Assembly: GCF_009914755.1 (NCBI RefSeq)
Contig: NC_060926.1
Length of the DNA stretch: 64,000 nt
Source: the human T2T-CHM13v2.0 reference genome, Homo sapiens
Reading direction: 5' to 3' (one strand)
Shown here: in pieces, positions 1 to 13,643 of the stretch
Layout: every line of letters starts with the position of its first letter
Position numbering within the stretch: position 1 is the first letter of the stretch
Position numbers and translations under genes: made by a program
Notes under the pieces: generated by a model
Told to the model about the DNA's origin: nothing
The model's database searches: none
What the model saw: only the letters and a program-made list of their open reading frames with translations

Positions 1-276
1 CCTGTAATCCACCACTTTGGGAGGCCGAGGCAGGCGGATCACGAGGTCAGGAAATCGAGACCATCCTGGCTAACACAGAGAAACCCCGTCTCTACTAAAA
101 ATACAAAAAATTAGCCGGGCGTGGTGGCGGACACCTATAGTTCCAGCTACTTGGGAGGCTGAGGCAGGAGAATGGCATGAACCCGGGAGGCGGGCTTTCA
201 GTCAGCTGAGATTGGGCCACTGCGCTCCAGCCTGGGCGACAGAGGGAGACTCTGACTAAAAAAAAAAAAAAAAAAA
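1..276 (+). mobile_element. AluY (5' end cut by the window edge)
   Basis: Alu consensus with GAGACCATCCTGGCTAAC and polyA tail. Confidence 0.9.
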
Positions 277-2779
277 GTACAGCCAGAGGAGAAAATTAAG
301 TTGTGGCTTGGTTGCATCCCAAGATACAGATGTTTTCCTTTTTGATAGGCACCTTCGCCCTTCCAGGGGCCCAGTAAAACACCCAAGAACTGAGAATCAC
401 TTATGGTTGTTGGAGGAACTGATACCCTTTGAAAGAGGGTTGAGAACAGTGCGAATGTCATGTGATCTCTGCTATGCACAGAGTAGAAGGAACAAACCAA
501 TTAACTAATGGAATGTGGAGCATCTAGGGGAACTGCAGGGGCTCGGAAAAGCCAAGAAGAGCAGCAAAACGATCCCCACGTGGACAGGAGACTGCTGCTG
601 AAGTGTGGCCAGAACTAAAACTCTAGTGGCTTTGACAAAATCTGGATCATTCTGCCAAGTTCTCTTTATTTTTGTTCTAGGATGGGCACATCCCTCTTTG
701 AACAGCTAAGTTCCTATATCAGAGCCCAAATGCCAACCTTAATTCCTCTCTTTCTGGAATCCCAAGACTCTGCCCAGGAAGGCTTTGCTTTCATGCTGTC
801 TTCTGTAGCAGGTGCACCTGGAAGTAGCTCCTCCACTGAATTGTCAGCCCAGGCTAAGGACACCAAGTCTCACCCAGACTTGAATCCTTGAGACAGGAGC
901 AGATTTTTAGTGGGTGCCTAGCACATCCAATGAAGGATCTCTGGGAAAGTTGTGCAGTCCTCAATTAGCAATGTCTTCCATGGATTGGGGCACAATGAAT
1001 AATGAATAATGAGTAGAATAATGAGTAATGAGTAGATGAATAATGAGTAGAATATGAGTAGAAATGAATAATGAGTAGAAACAGACAGGTGAGGCTTTCT
1101 TAGTGCCAACATTGCTGCAGGTCACTTGAGCAGTTGCCGAAGGTATAGACTAGACAGCCGTCTTTGGATTGGCAGCTAAGAATTCTTTCCCTTTGTATGA
1201 TTTGCTCAAACTCTCAGCTCAAAGCATGGGGGTCATGAGAAATCACCAGCAAAAGGAGGGTAGAAGAAAGAGGGAGGATCTGGTAAAGGCCAATGTTCTT
1301 TCTCAGCTCCTGTTTGATCTGGTCAAAAGCAGATGCATTTGGACTCAGCCTGGGGAAGAAACCTCTGCATAAAAGAGACAAGCTAGGCCAGGGAGATTCC
1401 TGGCTTCTCCACCACTCAAAAAAAAAAAAACAAAAAAAAAACTGGATGCAAGAATTTCCACTGCAAATTGCTGGCCACATGTATTCTCCATCTAGAAATC
1501 ATTTGTTAATCAATGAGTGCAGTTTTTTTCTTGGTATGTTGAATCACATCTGGAAATGATCTATCCCCATAAATTGATGCTCAGGAGATGATTAAAAAAT
1601 TCTGATTGTGCCCAAATGAGTATGGAAATGTTTAATAAGGAGCTGGGATCCTGGGATGCCTGTGAGGCACATTCTTGAATCCTCATAGTCTGGACCTCAC
1701 TTTGGGCAAAAGAGACCAAGTGGAGGATTAGGGAGGTGCTGGCTCAGTTTCTGTTTCCCACTCTAGTGTGGAGCAAGAGACCCCTGCTCCCCTGCTCGCC
1801 CTTCTCTGTCCATCTGGAGCCCTCCTTTCTATTGCTTTTTTCCCAGGGAGGACGAAAGGCAGGGAGGAGAACATGGGGATGACAAAGCATTGGCATCTCA
1901 CAGAAACACCACGAGGATCTTGGCACATGGGGACTATGATTCTGTTTCACCCTTGGAGAGGTTAAGCCATGCTGTAAATCTTTTTGCGCCTGCAGTGCCA
2001 TAGCTCTGACTTGCGCAAGGTCATGTAACAAGCTAGAGTCTTGTTGCTAGACTTCTAGTGCAGTGCTTTTTGTGTGCTGAGCTCTTTGGAACCCTCTGTC
2101 TCCTGAGCAGGTCCGTGGGGTGGCTCTTCCTGTCTTAGGACCAAACTGTTGAAATTTGGAGGACACTGGGGGTATGCATGTGTTCATGTATGTGTGCATG
2201 TGGACATGGGGGGTGCATCTGTTCATGTATGTGTGCATGCATGCATACATTTATGCAGATATGTGTATCTGCACGTGCATGTGTTTGTGTGTGTGTGCAC
2301 AAGCCTGTGTCTGTATGTAGGTGTTTCTGCATTTCTGTGTCCTCCGTGTGCATGTGTTGGGCCAGGAGTCAATGTAATGTGTACACCTATATGCCTGTGT
2401 CTATATGCTTCGGTTACCATTACCAAGGGCCCTACTCAGGATGTTTAGTACCCAGCCTACCACAGTCACTGACCAATCAGAATAAACACTGTCAGTAACT
2501 CAGCATTGGCTGGAGTCCTGGGAGGCCAGAGGGTCCTGCGGGAGAAGCCGGAATGACTGGGGTATGTGTGAGAGTTTGGGGAGCTTGGGGGGCAGCCCCT
2601 ATATACGAATTGGTCCAAAAGTACTTCAATACTTTAACGGCTGGCATGGCCTTCCTTGTGCTAATTGGAAGAATATCAGTCCTTCTGTCCTCAGAAATAA
2701 ACCTGGGTAAGTGATTAGGAAGATGTGTGCCGGTTAATGTTTGATTTTCAACAAAAGGAATGACACAATTGAATTTGAC

Positions 2780-4110
2780 AAGTTAGAGTACTCTGTTGGC
2801 TCTAGACAAGTTATTTAATCCCCCTGAAAAATTGGGATGATCATACCTACCTTTGTATAAGGTTGGTGTAAGGGTGAAATAAGCTTACACCCATATGGTG
2901 TGCCTGGCACGTGGAAGTTGTTACTATTATTGGTGTCATCAGTTTTATTATAAAATGGCACAGTGAATGTTTCCAGGTATGATTTTGGAGATCACACAGA
3001 TCTGGAGTTTATGCCTACTCGGCTGTTCATAAGTTTTAAAAGTGAAGCTACTTAACCTTTTTGAGTCTCAGTTTCCCCGTCTGTAAAATAAAGACACAGG
3101 ATGTTACTATGCATTTGTTGCAGCACTATTAACATGGCCTTGCAAGAAGTGATCTGGAGCTGAGCTCTGTTAAATTACTCCTGATGATGACGGTGATGGT
3201 AATGATGATACTATAGGGGCTCCCCTCTGAAGTCTGCCAGAATCTGAAGGCCTTTAGAGATCACTCGGTCCTATTGTTTATTTGCACAGATGAGACTGAT
3301 GTGGTCTGTGGAGGTGTGATGGGGGCCTGACCTCAGGCCTCCCTGGGGCTGCGACCTGCGGGCCCACTGAGGCATGAGCAACCTCCAGCTGGGAATGGCC
3401 TCCCCACGTTGCTGAGCCCTGGGCTGCACAGCCGACTTTGGGACTTGGAGAGACATCAGTGCCGGATGATGTGCATTTCATTACTTTCAATAGATGTGTA
3501 GGTTGTTGTTGAAGACTGATAACTTGCTCCTGTTCATCACACGTGTGCTGTGGCAGACACCCTCCAGGGATTTGGGCTTTGAGTGACTTCAGGGTGGGAG
3601 AGGAGAAAAGAGGGCATCACTGGACCTCTTCCCTGGTGGATGGAACAGCGGCATGGCTTGTCCAGGTTAGCAGGCTATGCCGGCCTGGTCCCCTGAGAAA
3701 CCTCCTCCCCACATTTTGAGGCCTGCATACATGCTGCCCTTAAGTATGTATGGCAGAGGCAGAAACTCAACAGAGACATAAGCTTCCCAGCATCAGGTAC
3801 CAAACATGACAGAAACCTATTGCGACTTTAGGAGATGGTGAGAGAGGTAGAGGTGTTTGATGGGTACTCAGGGATGATCAGATAAAAGCACTTGGGCAGC
3901 ATTTACATTGCATGACACTAGTCTGAGAAGTTTACACAATGAACTTCTAAGTCTTCACCAGAACCCTCTGAGGTAGTGCAATGATTATTCCCGTTTTATA
4001 TATGCAGAAGTGGAGGCACAGAACAGCTCCCTAACCTGTCCAAGGTTACCCCTAAGTGCACAAGAGAGCTGGAATTAGAACTCAGGCAGTTGGGCCTGGA
4101 GTCTGTTCTT
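2780..4110. mobile_element. Cluster of MIR fragments (about 2780-2930, 2990-3110, 3890-4110)
   Basis: MIR core text such as CTCAGTTTCCCCGTCTGTAAAAT and its reverse ATTATTCCCGTTTTA. Confidence 0.55.
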
Positions 4111-6239
4111 TTCGTGTTCTCAGTTGGAGGCTGGGACAGAAGGACACAGCCTCTTTCCCTTGGTGAGATTTGGGCTGAATGCTGGGAAACTGTGAGCAAG
4201 GACATTTTCTCCAGGCAAAGAGAACAGCCCTGGAGCTTCGAGGAGGGCCTGGGCCACTCACTCTGCATTCCTCAGCCAGCAGCCACACTCAGTTGCCTGG
4301 TGAGCCTCTGGAGAACGCCAGGGCATCATCAATCACAGCATGGCCCCTCCTGGGGACTGGCCCCGCCTCACCCTGCCTTTCCTCACTCACTTGCTGAGTT
4401 CTCACGGAGAAAGGGATGGGAAGGGAGCACAGCCTTCCCTTGAAGCACTGGCTCCTGGCATCCATGAAGATGTGTGGTTGGGACCAATTCTGCCCTGAAG
4501 TTGATCAACAGGGTTATGTTGAGCCCCTGCCAGGAGCTTGGGACCCCAGTCATGGGCTATGGAAGGGATGAGACCCGTGAAACCCAGGCCCAGCCAAGGG
4601 AGGGCACGGGACAAACTAATAGGAGGAAAGAGGGCAGTTGGCTTAGAGAAGGGGGAGGTCTGCAGGTTGGGAGATTGGGGGTCCCAGAGGAGGGAGCCTC
4701 TGGGAGCCTTTTTGGGGCAAGGAAGTGAGTGAAGGGGTGGCATCCCACTGAGAAAAGAAAGGGAAGGGGTCTGGCTTCTGCCAAAGCCCTGGAGGCACAT
4801 CTGCTGAGCCCTTTTCCCCAGATGTCAGAAGGGCTGGCAGCTGCTCAGGGGGCAGGGATCCTGCCAGCTGGGGCTGGCCACAGAGCCCCTTCCTGTGTGC
4901 GGCACTGAACAGAGAGCGGTGTTGAGCTCATTTGCTTATCCTCATGTATTCACCTCCCTCAGCTCCTCTGTGTGCCCCCAAGGTTCATGATAGGGACTGG
5001 AGGTGATGTATTGAGGGAACAAGAAAAACTAAGGAAAAGTGACCAGGGGTCTCCCTACTCTGACCTTACTGTCCCAGCAGAGCTTGCCTGGGGCAGAGGG
5101 CTGGCCATGCCTGGAGGAGTTAGGTATGGCCTTTACCAGTCCCCATAGATCTCTAGATCTGTGTCTGGGGGACACAGGACTATTCTGGTGGTGCTGCAGG
5201 AATGTGTCAGGAGGAAGCCTGAGCCCTGACCAGCACCCTTCACTCTTCAGCTTTTGGGGAAGGGCTCTCCTGGTCCAGCCTTGGTTTACACTGACCTCAG
5301 CGTCTGATCCTCAAAGCAGCACAGTGGAGTTTCCTGGGAGGCAGGCCATGGCAGGAAGAAGGCCTCCACCTGCTCCCCGAGGGAAGACACAGATAATCAG
5401 GGCCATCCGCTTTCCCTTTCCTCTTCAGAGTCTGTAAGTGACCAGAAAGGAGAGCTCATCAGGCTTTTCACACGCTGAAGGACTGGAAGGTTGCTTTTCT
5501 CTGTGTGAACAGCTGGAAAAGCCAGTGGAGAATTTCCATCTCAGTGGGCAATGGGCTCCTTCCTCCTGTCCCTGAGCAGTCCTGGTCTCGTCCTAGCCTG
5601 AGCAGTGACAGAGGAGAGGCCCAAGGGTCTGGATTCTCAGGGGTTTCCAGACCTGGAACGGAACCTTTCCTGGGGCTGTCTGACAGTCTCACCTCCCGCT
5701 CTCTGTTTCATTCTGAACCACTCACATTATACTTTAGCACTTAATTCAACAGTCATTGAAAATATGCTGGTTTTAGTTTTTTCATCGTTTTGACCTAAGA
5801 TCATGTTGGTGCCAATTTCCTTTAAAATAATTCTCTACCTGTGGGCCACTGGCGTGAAATCCCAGCGGCAGCCCCCGCCGACCCTCCCTCCGTAATTCCA
5901 TGGCCTCCCCTCGCTCACGCTCCCCTCAGGGTTCCTTGGCCTCTGTGTTTATACACTAATGTTTTTTCTCACACATTCATTGTGCAGCTTTCCTTAATTT
6001 GGTGTCCCGCCGGGCGCCAGCAGGAAGCCACTCAAACATTATGTCAGTGATCTCAAAATTGAACCCCAGGGCTTTCTTCTGCCAGCAGATGTGTGGCACA
6101 CTTTATTAACTCAAGTACCCACGAGTTGAAAATTTCATTAGTTTGAGGGGAGGGCTAAGTCCCATCAAGAGACCTGGTCTGGACAGATTCTTTGTGTCAA
6201 CCTGACCCCTAGCAAAACGGATTATTGTTCTAAGTGAGA

Positions 6240-6854
6240 CAAGTGACCTAATGTTCTGCCTATTATGCACACATGGTCTGTAACCTTTTAAAATACGAGT
6301 GTGGGAAAACAGCACATTCTGCCACATCCCTGACCAAAAATTCCTGACAGGTGGCAGCCGGCCTCTTAGCAACGCCACCAGGAGCCTGGAGTTATCCAGG
6401 GGCCACGGTGGTTCCCTTAGGCCAGGTACAGGGCGGAGTTGGGAGACCTCCTGCTGGGAGGAAGGAGCCCATGAAGGCAGCGCTCAGCCTCCAGAGCCAC
6501 CCTGTGACAGGTCAGGGGACAGCCTTGGATGGGCCATGAGAGCCCACCTCCTGTATCCCCTTAAGGTGGTCCCCCGGCTTTCCACCAGACTGGGAGACTC
6601 ACAGGGAGGCAGTTTGTTTGCTGTGCTAAGAAAATTTCCCAAGACTCTGTGCTGGGCACTGAGTGCAGCCACATCCCTGCACAAGACTCCCTTCTCACCT
6701 GCTCACCCAGGCCCTCTCACACTACCTTGTTCCAAGTGGCCTGATATTCTGCCTGCTAGGCACACATAGTCTGTACCCTTTTAAGGTACAAGTGGGGAAG
6801 AAGGACACTTTCTGTCACGTCCATTACCACAAATTCCTGACAGGTGGCAGCTGG
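6240..6854 (+). repeat. Dispersed 122-bp direct repeat pair (6240-6361 and 6733-6854)
   Basis: Ungapped alignment, 24 mismatches (about 80% identity), offset 493 bp. Confidence 0.88.
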
Positions 6855-9800
6855 GCTCTGTGGGAAAAGGACCAACATGCTCAGTTGAGCTTAGCACCTC
6901 CTGAGGCCTCCTTAGCAAGGCTGGAGCCTGGCCTGTGGAGGAGACAGGTGTCCCAGCTGTGGCCCAGAAGTGTGCAAAGGTTGAGGGTGAGAAGGTGGAA
7001 AGACTATGGGGTTGGGCAAGGAGGTATAATCTCCGCTTGGAGCATGGCTGGAGGAGAGCAGGTAATGGAGGGGTGGGGAGGGCTCCCAGGAAGGAGGGCC
7101 TGAGCAGGGCATGAACAGGCCAGAGAAACAGGGTGAGGAAGGGTTCTGGGAAGGAACAGGCCAAGGTGTGGGCCTTGGGTGGAGTTTCGGGGGATGCGAA
7201 GCGGAGGCTGTAATAATGCACAGCACGCTTGCTCTGGACTGTTTTGGGCTCGGACACAGAGCAGTCCCTAGGCTGAGAGACCCCAATGGAGTGGGGACAG
7301 GCAACATTCTTCGTGGTACCTCTGTCTCCAGTGGGCCTGTTGTGGGGATGCATCTTCTGACAAACCCGTCTCTTTTGGGGTAGATGAGAATTCCTGGAGA
7401 TCCAGGAATGCAGCCTTCAGGCCTGGGTTTGTTCTCCCCGGAGTCTCTGTGACCTGGCCTCCCAGAGAGCTGAGGGTAGGTCTGCACTGGCCCCTACCTT
7501 CTGACAGACACAAAGCAGAGCTGGTTGTAAAAACTTAATTAAATGAAATATTTTAACAAGAAATTCCTAGAACAGAATGCCCTGCTCGTAAGCAAGCCAT
7601 CACAGAAATAAAAGCTGACAGAAAGCGTGTGTTCTGTCCAGGAAGAGAAAGTTTCTGCAAGAAACAAGATAGTGCAGAGAGCTGGCCTGTGCTGGACCAG
7701 TGGCTGAGCAAGCTTGTTCCTGGAGTCAAAGCCAGGCAGACTCGGGACACAGCCCTGGGGCTGTGACTACTTGGCTCAGGAATGCGTGAACTCCAGACCA
7801 TAATTCAGGCATTCCACACACTTTTCCTGAGCACCTACTGTGTGCTGGGCAGTGTGCCGGGCTCTGGGTATACAATGCCTTCGGCGTTCACCAGGTGCTC
7901 CTGTGAGAGGGCTATTTTGCAAGATGAAGAAATGGGGGCTTAGGGAAGTGATGCAACAGGGTACCACTGAGGCAGAGCTGGGACTGGAACTCAGGTCTGC
8001 GAATCTTCAAGTCCAAGCTCTTTACCACCTCACCTACTCTTTACACAACAGCTCAGTTAGCAAAGGTGCTGAAGAGGAAACTCGACTGCATTTGCAGGCT
8101 GCTAAATTGTGGCTGGCCCCATGCAAGGCCACCTCTGGGGCTGGAGTGTGCCATTGTACCTTCCTGGGGGAATGCAACCAAATCCTGTCCTCACACTGGA
8201 GTGAGAGTGGACAGAGACACTCATTCCCATACTGAGGAAAGGGCCCGCAGATCAGAGTGTGTAGCTTGCATAGTGGACTTCCTGGAGGAGGTGGCACTTG
8301 AGAGGACCTTGAATGTTTCTGTAGAGAGTCAGGGGAGGATGTGCCCCTACATAGGAGGGGAAAGGGAGTAAGCCACACCTGAGAGTGGGCAGCAGAGCAT
8401 GGAGTGATGCGAAGTGGCAGGAGGAGCCTGCACTGGAGGCGAGAGTGGAGCCTGGCTCAGGGACTGACTCTCCAGGGAAATGTTGCCCTCTGCATGTGTC
8501 AGTAAGGATGAGGTGACAGAAACATCTCTTGCTCCCTTGCCCATCTCGGGTGAGTGTGAGAGAAATGCATTGCATGCACAAGCCAAGGAACTGCCTTGAT
8601 TTCTCCTGATTGATTATTTCCCAGGCTAGAAGGGTTTTGGGAACAGCAGAGTCAAATCCTTCCTGCCACCCGGTGCCTTTGTTCCACACCATCTTCCAGT
8701 GGCCTCAGTAGGACTTGGCTCAGGGCCAACCTGATTTAAGAAAATTCCATCAAAAAATCCTGACATGCAAAGAAGACTCATTTTAGGTAAAATGGTTCAC
8801 AGGGTAAGAGGAAACTTTGTTTTACAGGAATATTCTCCATCAGGTTATCTTATATTGTAAATTTCAAATATTCTTTGATTTATTCAAGGAAATGCCCAAA
8901 CTTTACAGGATATGGTGAGCGCGTAAAGTGAGACAGGGCTGTGTTTTGTTCAGAAATTAGCTTACAAGTGCCTCTTTTTTGCAGCAGAGAAATTATCTTT
9001 AAACTCTATCCCCTACACTCCCCCAAGGACTCAGCCCCCTACTGCCCCAGGGAGTCTGGAGAAGGAAAGGGGAGTCTAGGGGCGGGCTAGTCCTATGTTT
9101 GGATGACTCTCTGCCTCTGGTATTATTGGGGAGTTGAGGTTGTATGTGCACTCCGTCCCAGCATCATGGCTTTGCCCCATTCACAGAGCTGAGGGGGAGA
9201 CCCTGCATCCACGGCTTATCTCTGTACCTGTCATAGGAAAGAGTCAGCCCTGCATGGGCAGCCAGACCTGTGAGTGGGGAGGCAGGGTGCCCGGGACGGG
9301 GAGGCAGAGGTGGAGGCTAAACCCACTCAATAGAGCATGACAGCAAGCCCTCAGTCAGCCTCATGAAACTGCAGCCCCTTCCATCTCCCATCCAAACCTT
9401 TTTCTGAGAGAACAAGCCTAGAAATGCCACTTTAGTGTGTGTGCTTAGCCAGTCAGAGGACGGCAGCACACACCAGTGCTGAGTGAGTTGTCTCAGAGGC
9501 ATCCATGCAAGGGAATGATTGTTTTCAGCAAACTCAGGGAATCCCCAAGAGGAGGCCCTTCAATTACCCAGCCACTAGGTGAGACATGGAGGAAAACTGA
9601 CGAGACCTCAGGGGAAGCCCCTTGGAAGGGCCTGGTTGATTTCAGTTTGGCCTGGGGAGTGACACAGGCGAGGACAACTAGATCAAGGCAAGCACGTGGC
9701 CTGGGTGTGCTTCAGCAGGGATCGGGGGGTCTTCAAGGACTAAGAGACATTCTTTGCTGGGCCTTGGAGGATTTTTGTATAGAGAATAAAAAGAAACGGT

Positions 9801-10574
9801 CACAGAGGCGAAAAGCTTAGATGGTATAGAAGGACCCGGGCTCATTCAGTTCATCTGGAGCATGTTATTGTTCTCTGAGTTCCCATTTTACAGATGAAGT
9901 AACTGATGAACAGAGAGGTGAAGTGACTGTCCCAGGACCCCATGGCTGGCGAGTGGCACACTTGGAACTCACACCCACGTCTGTCTCCCAAGTGTGCTCT
10001 GTGACCTCCTGCCTCTTCTGTCTCCGTGATCCCAGAATCCCTATAAGTCCTCCTCATTTGGGCCCCTCCCAGATTGAACACCATGTCCAGCCTCCTACAT
10101 CAGTGCCTTGTTTATTTCTCTGCCCTGAATGCTTAGGAGAATGCCTGGCCTAGAGAAGGGGCTTAACAAATAGCTACTGAAGCAATAATTTTGCCTTGAG
10201 AAGGAAGATTTCATCTGTCCAAAAATCTCAGGTGAAGAGGAGAAGGAAGCACGAAATCATTTAAGTGCTTCATAAAAGCCATGCACTTAAAGGCTTTACC
10301 TTTTTCTCCTTTGTTTTAATTCATTAAATACATAATATAACTAAGTCAATTAGTAGTGCCATAAGCACCTACAAACTCACCCTCCAGCATGAGAATGAGG
10401 GCATGAGGGTCACCCACGTTGACCCATGAGTCCTCACCCTCCCTTCCCTGCCTCTCCCCACCAGATCGTAACCTATCCGGAATGTTGAGTTTAGCATTCC
10501 CTGGCTTCAAAACTATAATCCTAGAAAACAAAGCATTTTGTTCTTGATTTTAACTATATTAAAAGAGTCTGGCA

Positions 10575-10960
<386 letters not shown>

Positions 10961-13263
10961 CTATTATGTTGTGGTCAGATTCCTCTAAGTAGTTGAGTAT
11001 AATTGTAATTGTACGTCATTTATTTTGACTTCTGTCAATAGAAAACCATCGATGCATTCATTCGCTGTTTGCCAGGCTCCATGTATGTTAACCTCATTTA
11101 ATCTTTGTAACAACTCTGTAACATAAGATGGGGCCACTTTCTCCTCCTGCTCAGAGTTGCTTAACCTATTTTTCTCATTGATCTCCATTTTAATGATGAA
11201 AACTGAAGGTTAGGAAACTCAAGTGACTTTTCTGAAGTTAAATAACTCATGAATGATGAAGCTTGAATTTGAGAGCGGGGACTTCTTTTGAGAGGAGGGA
11301 AGTATTGACTGCCTTGGTTCCCAGCCTCAGCTCAACAGAGCTATGGGGCAGCAGTCGGCCCTCTCTATTGTTCTTTCCAGGATCATCCAACATCCCATGT
11401 GATTATAGAAATGTTCTAATGACTCTAGCTCTGATCCCACTTCAAAGGCTTTAGGTCTCCTGGAGCTATACTGAGCTCCATTACTCCAGAAAGACCTTGG
11501 CACCAGCCTGGATGAGCCCCACCTGATGAAAAAGCAGAGGAATGGAGAGAGAATTGGTGGAGCTGGGCTATTGGTCCAGCTGTGCTTTCCTTAGGCACTG
11601 TTTCTGGGTTAGAATCTAAACTCTGGATGCCTCTGCTCACTGTGGTTTGGTGTTCATGCTGCACAGCTGACAGCCCAAGCCACAGTTTAAAAACAAGGGT
11701 GGGGACACAGGTCTTCAGTTCATGAACCAGTCCACCTTCAAGGCCTGAGTCATCCCTCTCACCCCAAGAATGGGCTTTGGTGGTGTCAGTCCAGGGAGTA
11801 AAATGGACACAAGTGTCAGTGTTAGCGCCTAGTGCCCTGGCATTGTTGACTTGAAGCACTGCTCAGATCTGGGGAAGGCATGAGCCAGTCTATGTAGCAG
11901 AATAAAGGCAGGGCCCTCTCCTTGTGGAAACATGTGCACCTACTCCACCAACTTTTATGAGGCCCTGGAATGTTATTTGTTGGTGACCACCCAACCATCC
12001 CACCAACAAATGGAGCACTCTGAAGGGAGTTACAGCTGACCTCTTAATGTGAAACAGCATACAAGGAGATGAGCTAAGAGGTAGGGTCTGTTTCTGCACA
12101 TTTATCTCTGGTTATTAGACACTTTTAGAGGGAACATCTGTTTGTCCACTCTGGCTCCCATATTGCAGGCCCCATTTGAGGGCCAGCTTGGCCCCTTCTC
12201 TGACTGAATTGGGACTAAGTCATAAATTAGATTCAGAAGGGGACCTAGAATAGGGAGTTAGAGGGGGCTTTGCTCAACTCACCAAAAAAGGGGAATTGAG
12301 CTATTCAACTGACCGGGCTTCAAGTAAAAAGCAGAAGAAAATGGAGGTAGCTCTGAAGACATCTGGTGGTGCTGAGTCCCATTGGACCCATTTCTTATCA
12401 GGTTTATCCTGAGGACAGCACCACTACTCTAGGCGGGACCTGGGAGTCAAACCAAAGCACACAGCTTGATCATGCTTCTGAAGCCCCAGGGACTTGGGCT
12501 GGGCTCCATTATTTGATTTCTCCTTTGGTTGAAAACTTTAGATATTTGTTTAATGGGAGGAATATCTGTATTTATAGCAGGACTTTCCACGTCACCTCAC
12601 AGTATGTTCTTAGCAGATGTACCTGTTGACTTACTCCCAGGACAATAGGGCAATTAACTGTACAAAAGGAAAAACTCTTTGTTTTCTTGTTAAGTTTCTA
12701 AAGATACTTATACAAACATAAAATTAATGCAATTATTGGTTAAAATCCTCATTTTTCCCTACTCCTTTGGATATTGTTTCTCTAGCCCACATTTCCAACT
12801 GGCCTGCTAGATATCTCTGCTTAGACACATGATTGCAAATGGAAACTCACTATGTGATCCAGTAGTCCCATTCCAGCTGTGATAGTCAATGAGTCCATGT
12901 CTTATACTAATAATCTCCCACTCAACACATTCCTCCCATTTCTACTGAGGCTCCATAGTCCTTCAAGTTACACAGGTTCGGAATTTCCTAACTCTGAAGT
13001 CTGCTTTACCTATTCTTCCTTGTTCCTATGTTCCTCTCTCTCTCTCCTGCAACCCCTCCAGTTCCCGGCTTCAGTGACTTACCAAGGCAACTCCATTTCT
13101 AAGAGCTTTTGCACCCATCCTTTGTGTTTTACTCAATCAGCCACCTGATTCTGTCAATTCTGCCTTCCCAATCTTCTTCTATCCTACCCTCCTCACCATT
13201 CCCAACCCTAGGACTTGACTGAGGTGCTCCTCATCTGTTACTTGGACCCTGGCACAACCTCAT

Positions 13264-13643
13264 AGATGTGGTTTGGGTCTGTGTCCCCACCCAAATCTCA
13301 CGTCAAATTGTAATCCACAATGATGGAGGTGGGGCCTGGTGGGAGGTGACTGGATCATGGGGGCGGATTTCTCCTTTGGTGATGTTCTCGTGATAGTGAG
13401 TGAGTTATCATGAGATCTGGTTGTTTAAAAGTGTGTAGCACCTCCCCACACTTCCTCCTGTTCCAGCCATGTAGGTTGTGCCTACTTCCCCTTTAACTTC
13501 TGCCATGATTATAACTTTCCTGAGGCCTCCCCAGTCATGCTTTCTGTACTGCCTGAGGAACCATAAGCTGATTAAACCTCTTTTCTTTTTAAATTACCCA
13601 GTCTCAGTATTTCTTTATAGCAATGCCAGAACGGACTAATACA
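13264..13643 (+). mobile_element. MaLR solo LTR (MST-type) with TSD CTCAT
   Basis: Termini GATGTGGTTTGG...GGACTAATACA; 5-bp TSD on both sides. Confidence 0.85.

Noticed and set aside
6299-7103. Similar peptides TFCH...KFLTGGS in two ORFs, suggesting a duplicated coding exon
   Set aside because: The substitution pattern is not enriched for synonymous changes and copy 1 has an in-frame TAA; the similarity reflects the DNA duplication only
12368-12422. Two REST/RE1 half-site-like motifs (GGTGCTGAG and GGACAGCACC)
   Set aside because: Wrong relative orientation and spacing for an RE1 element
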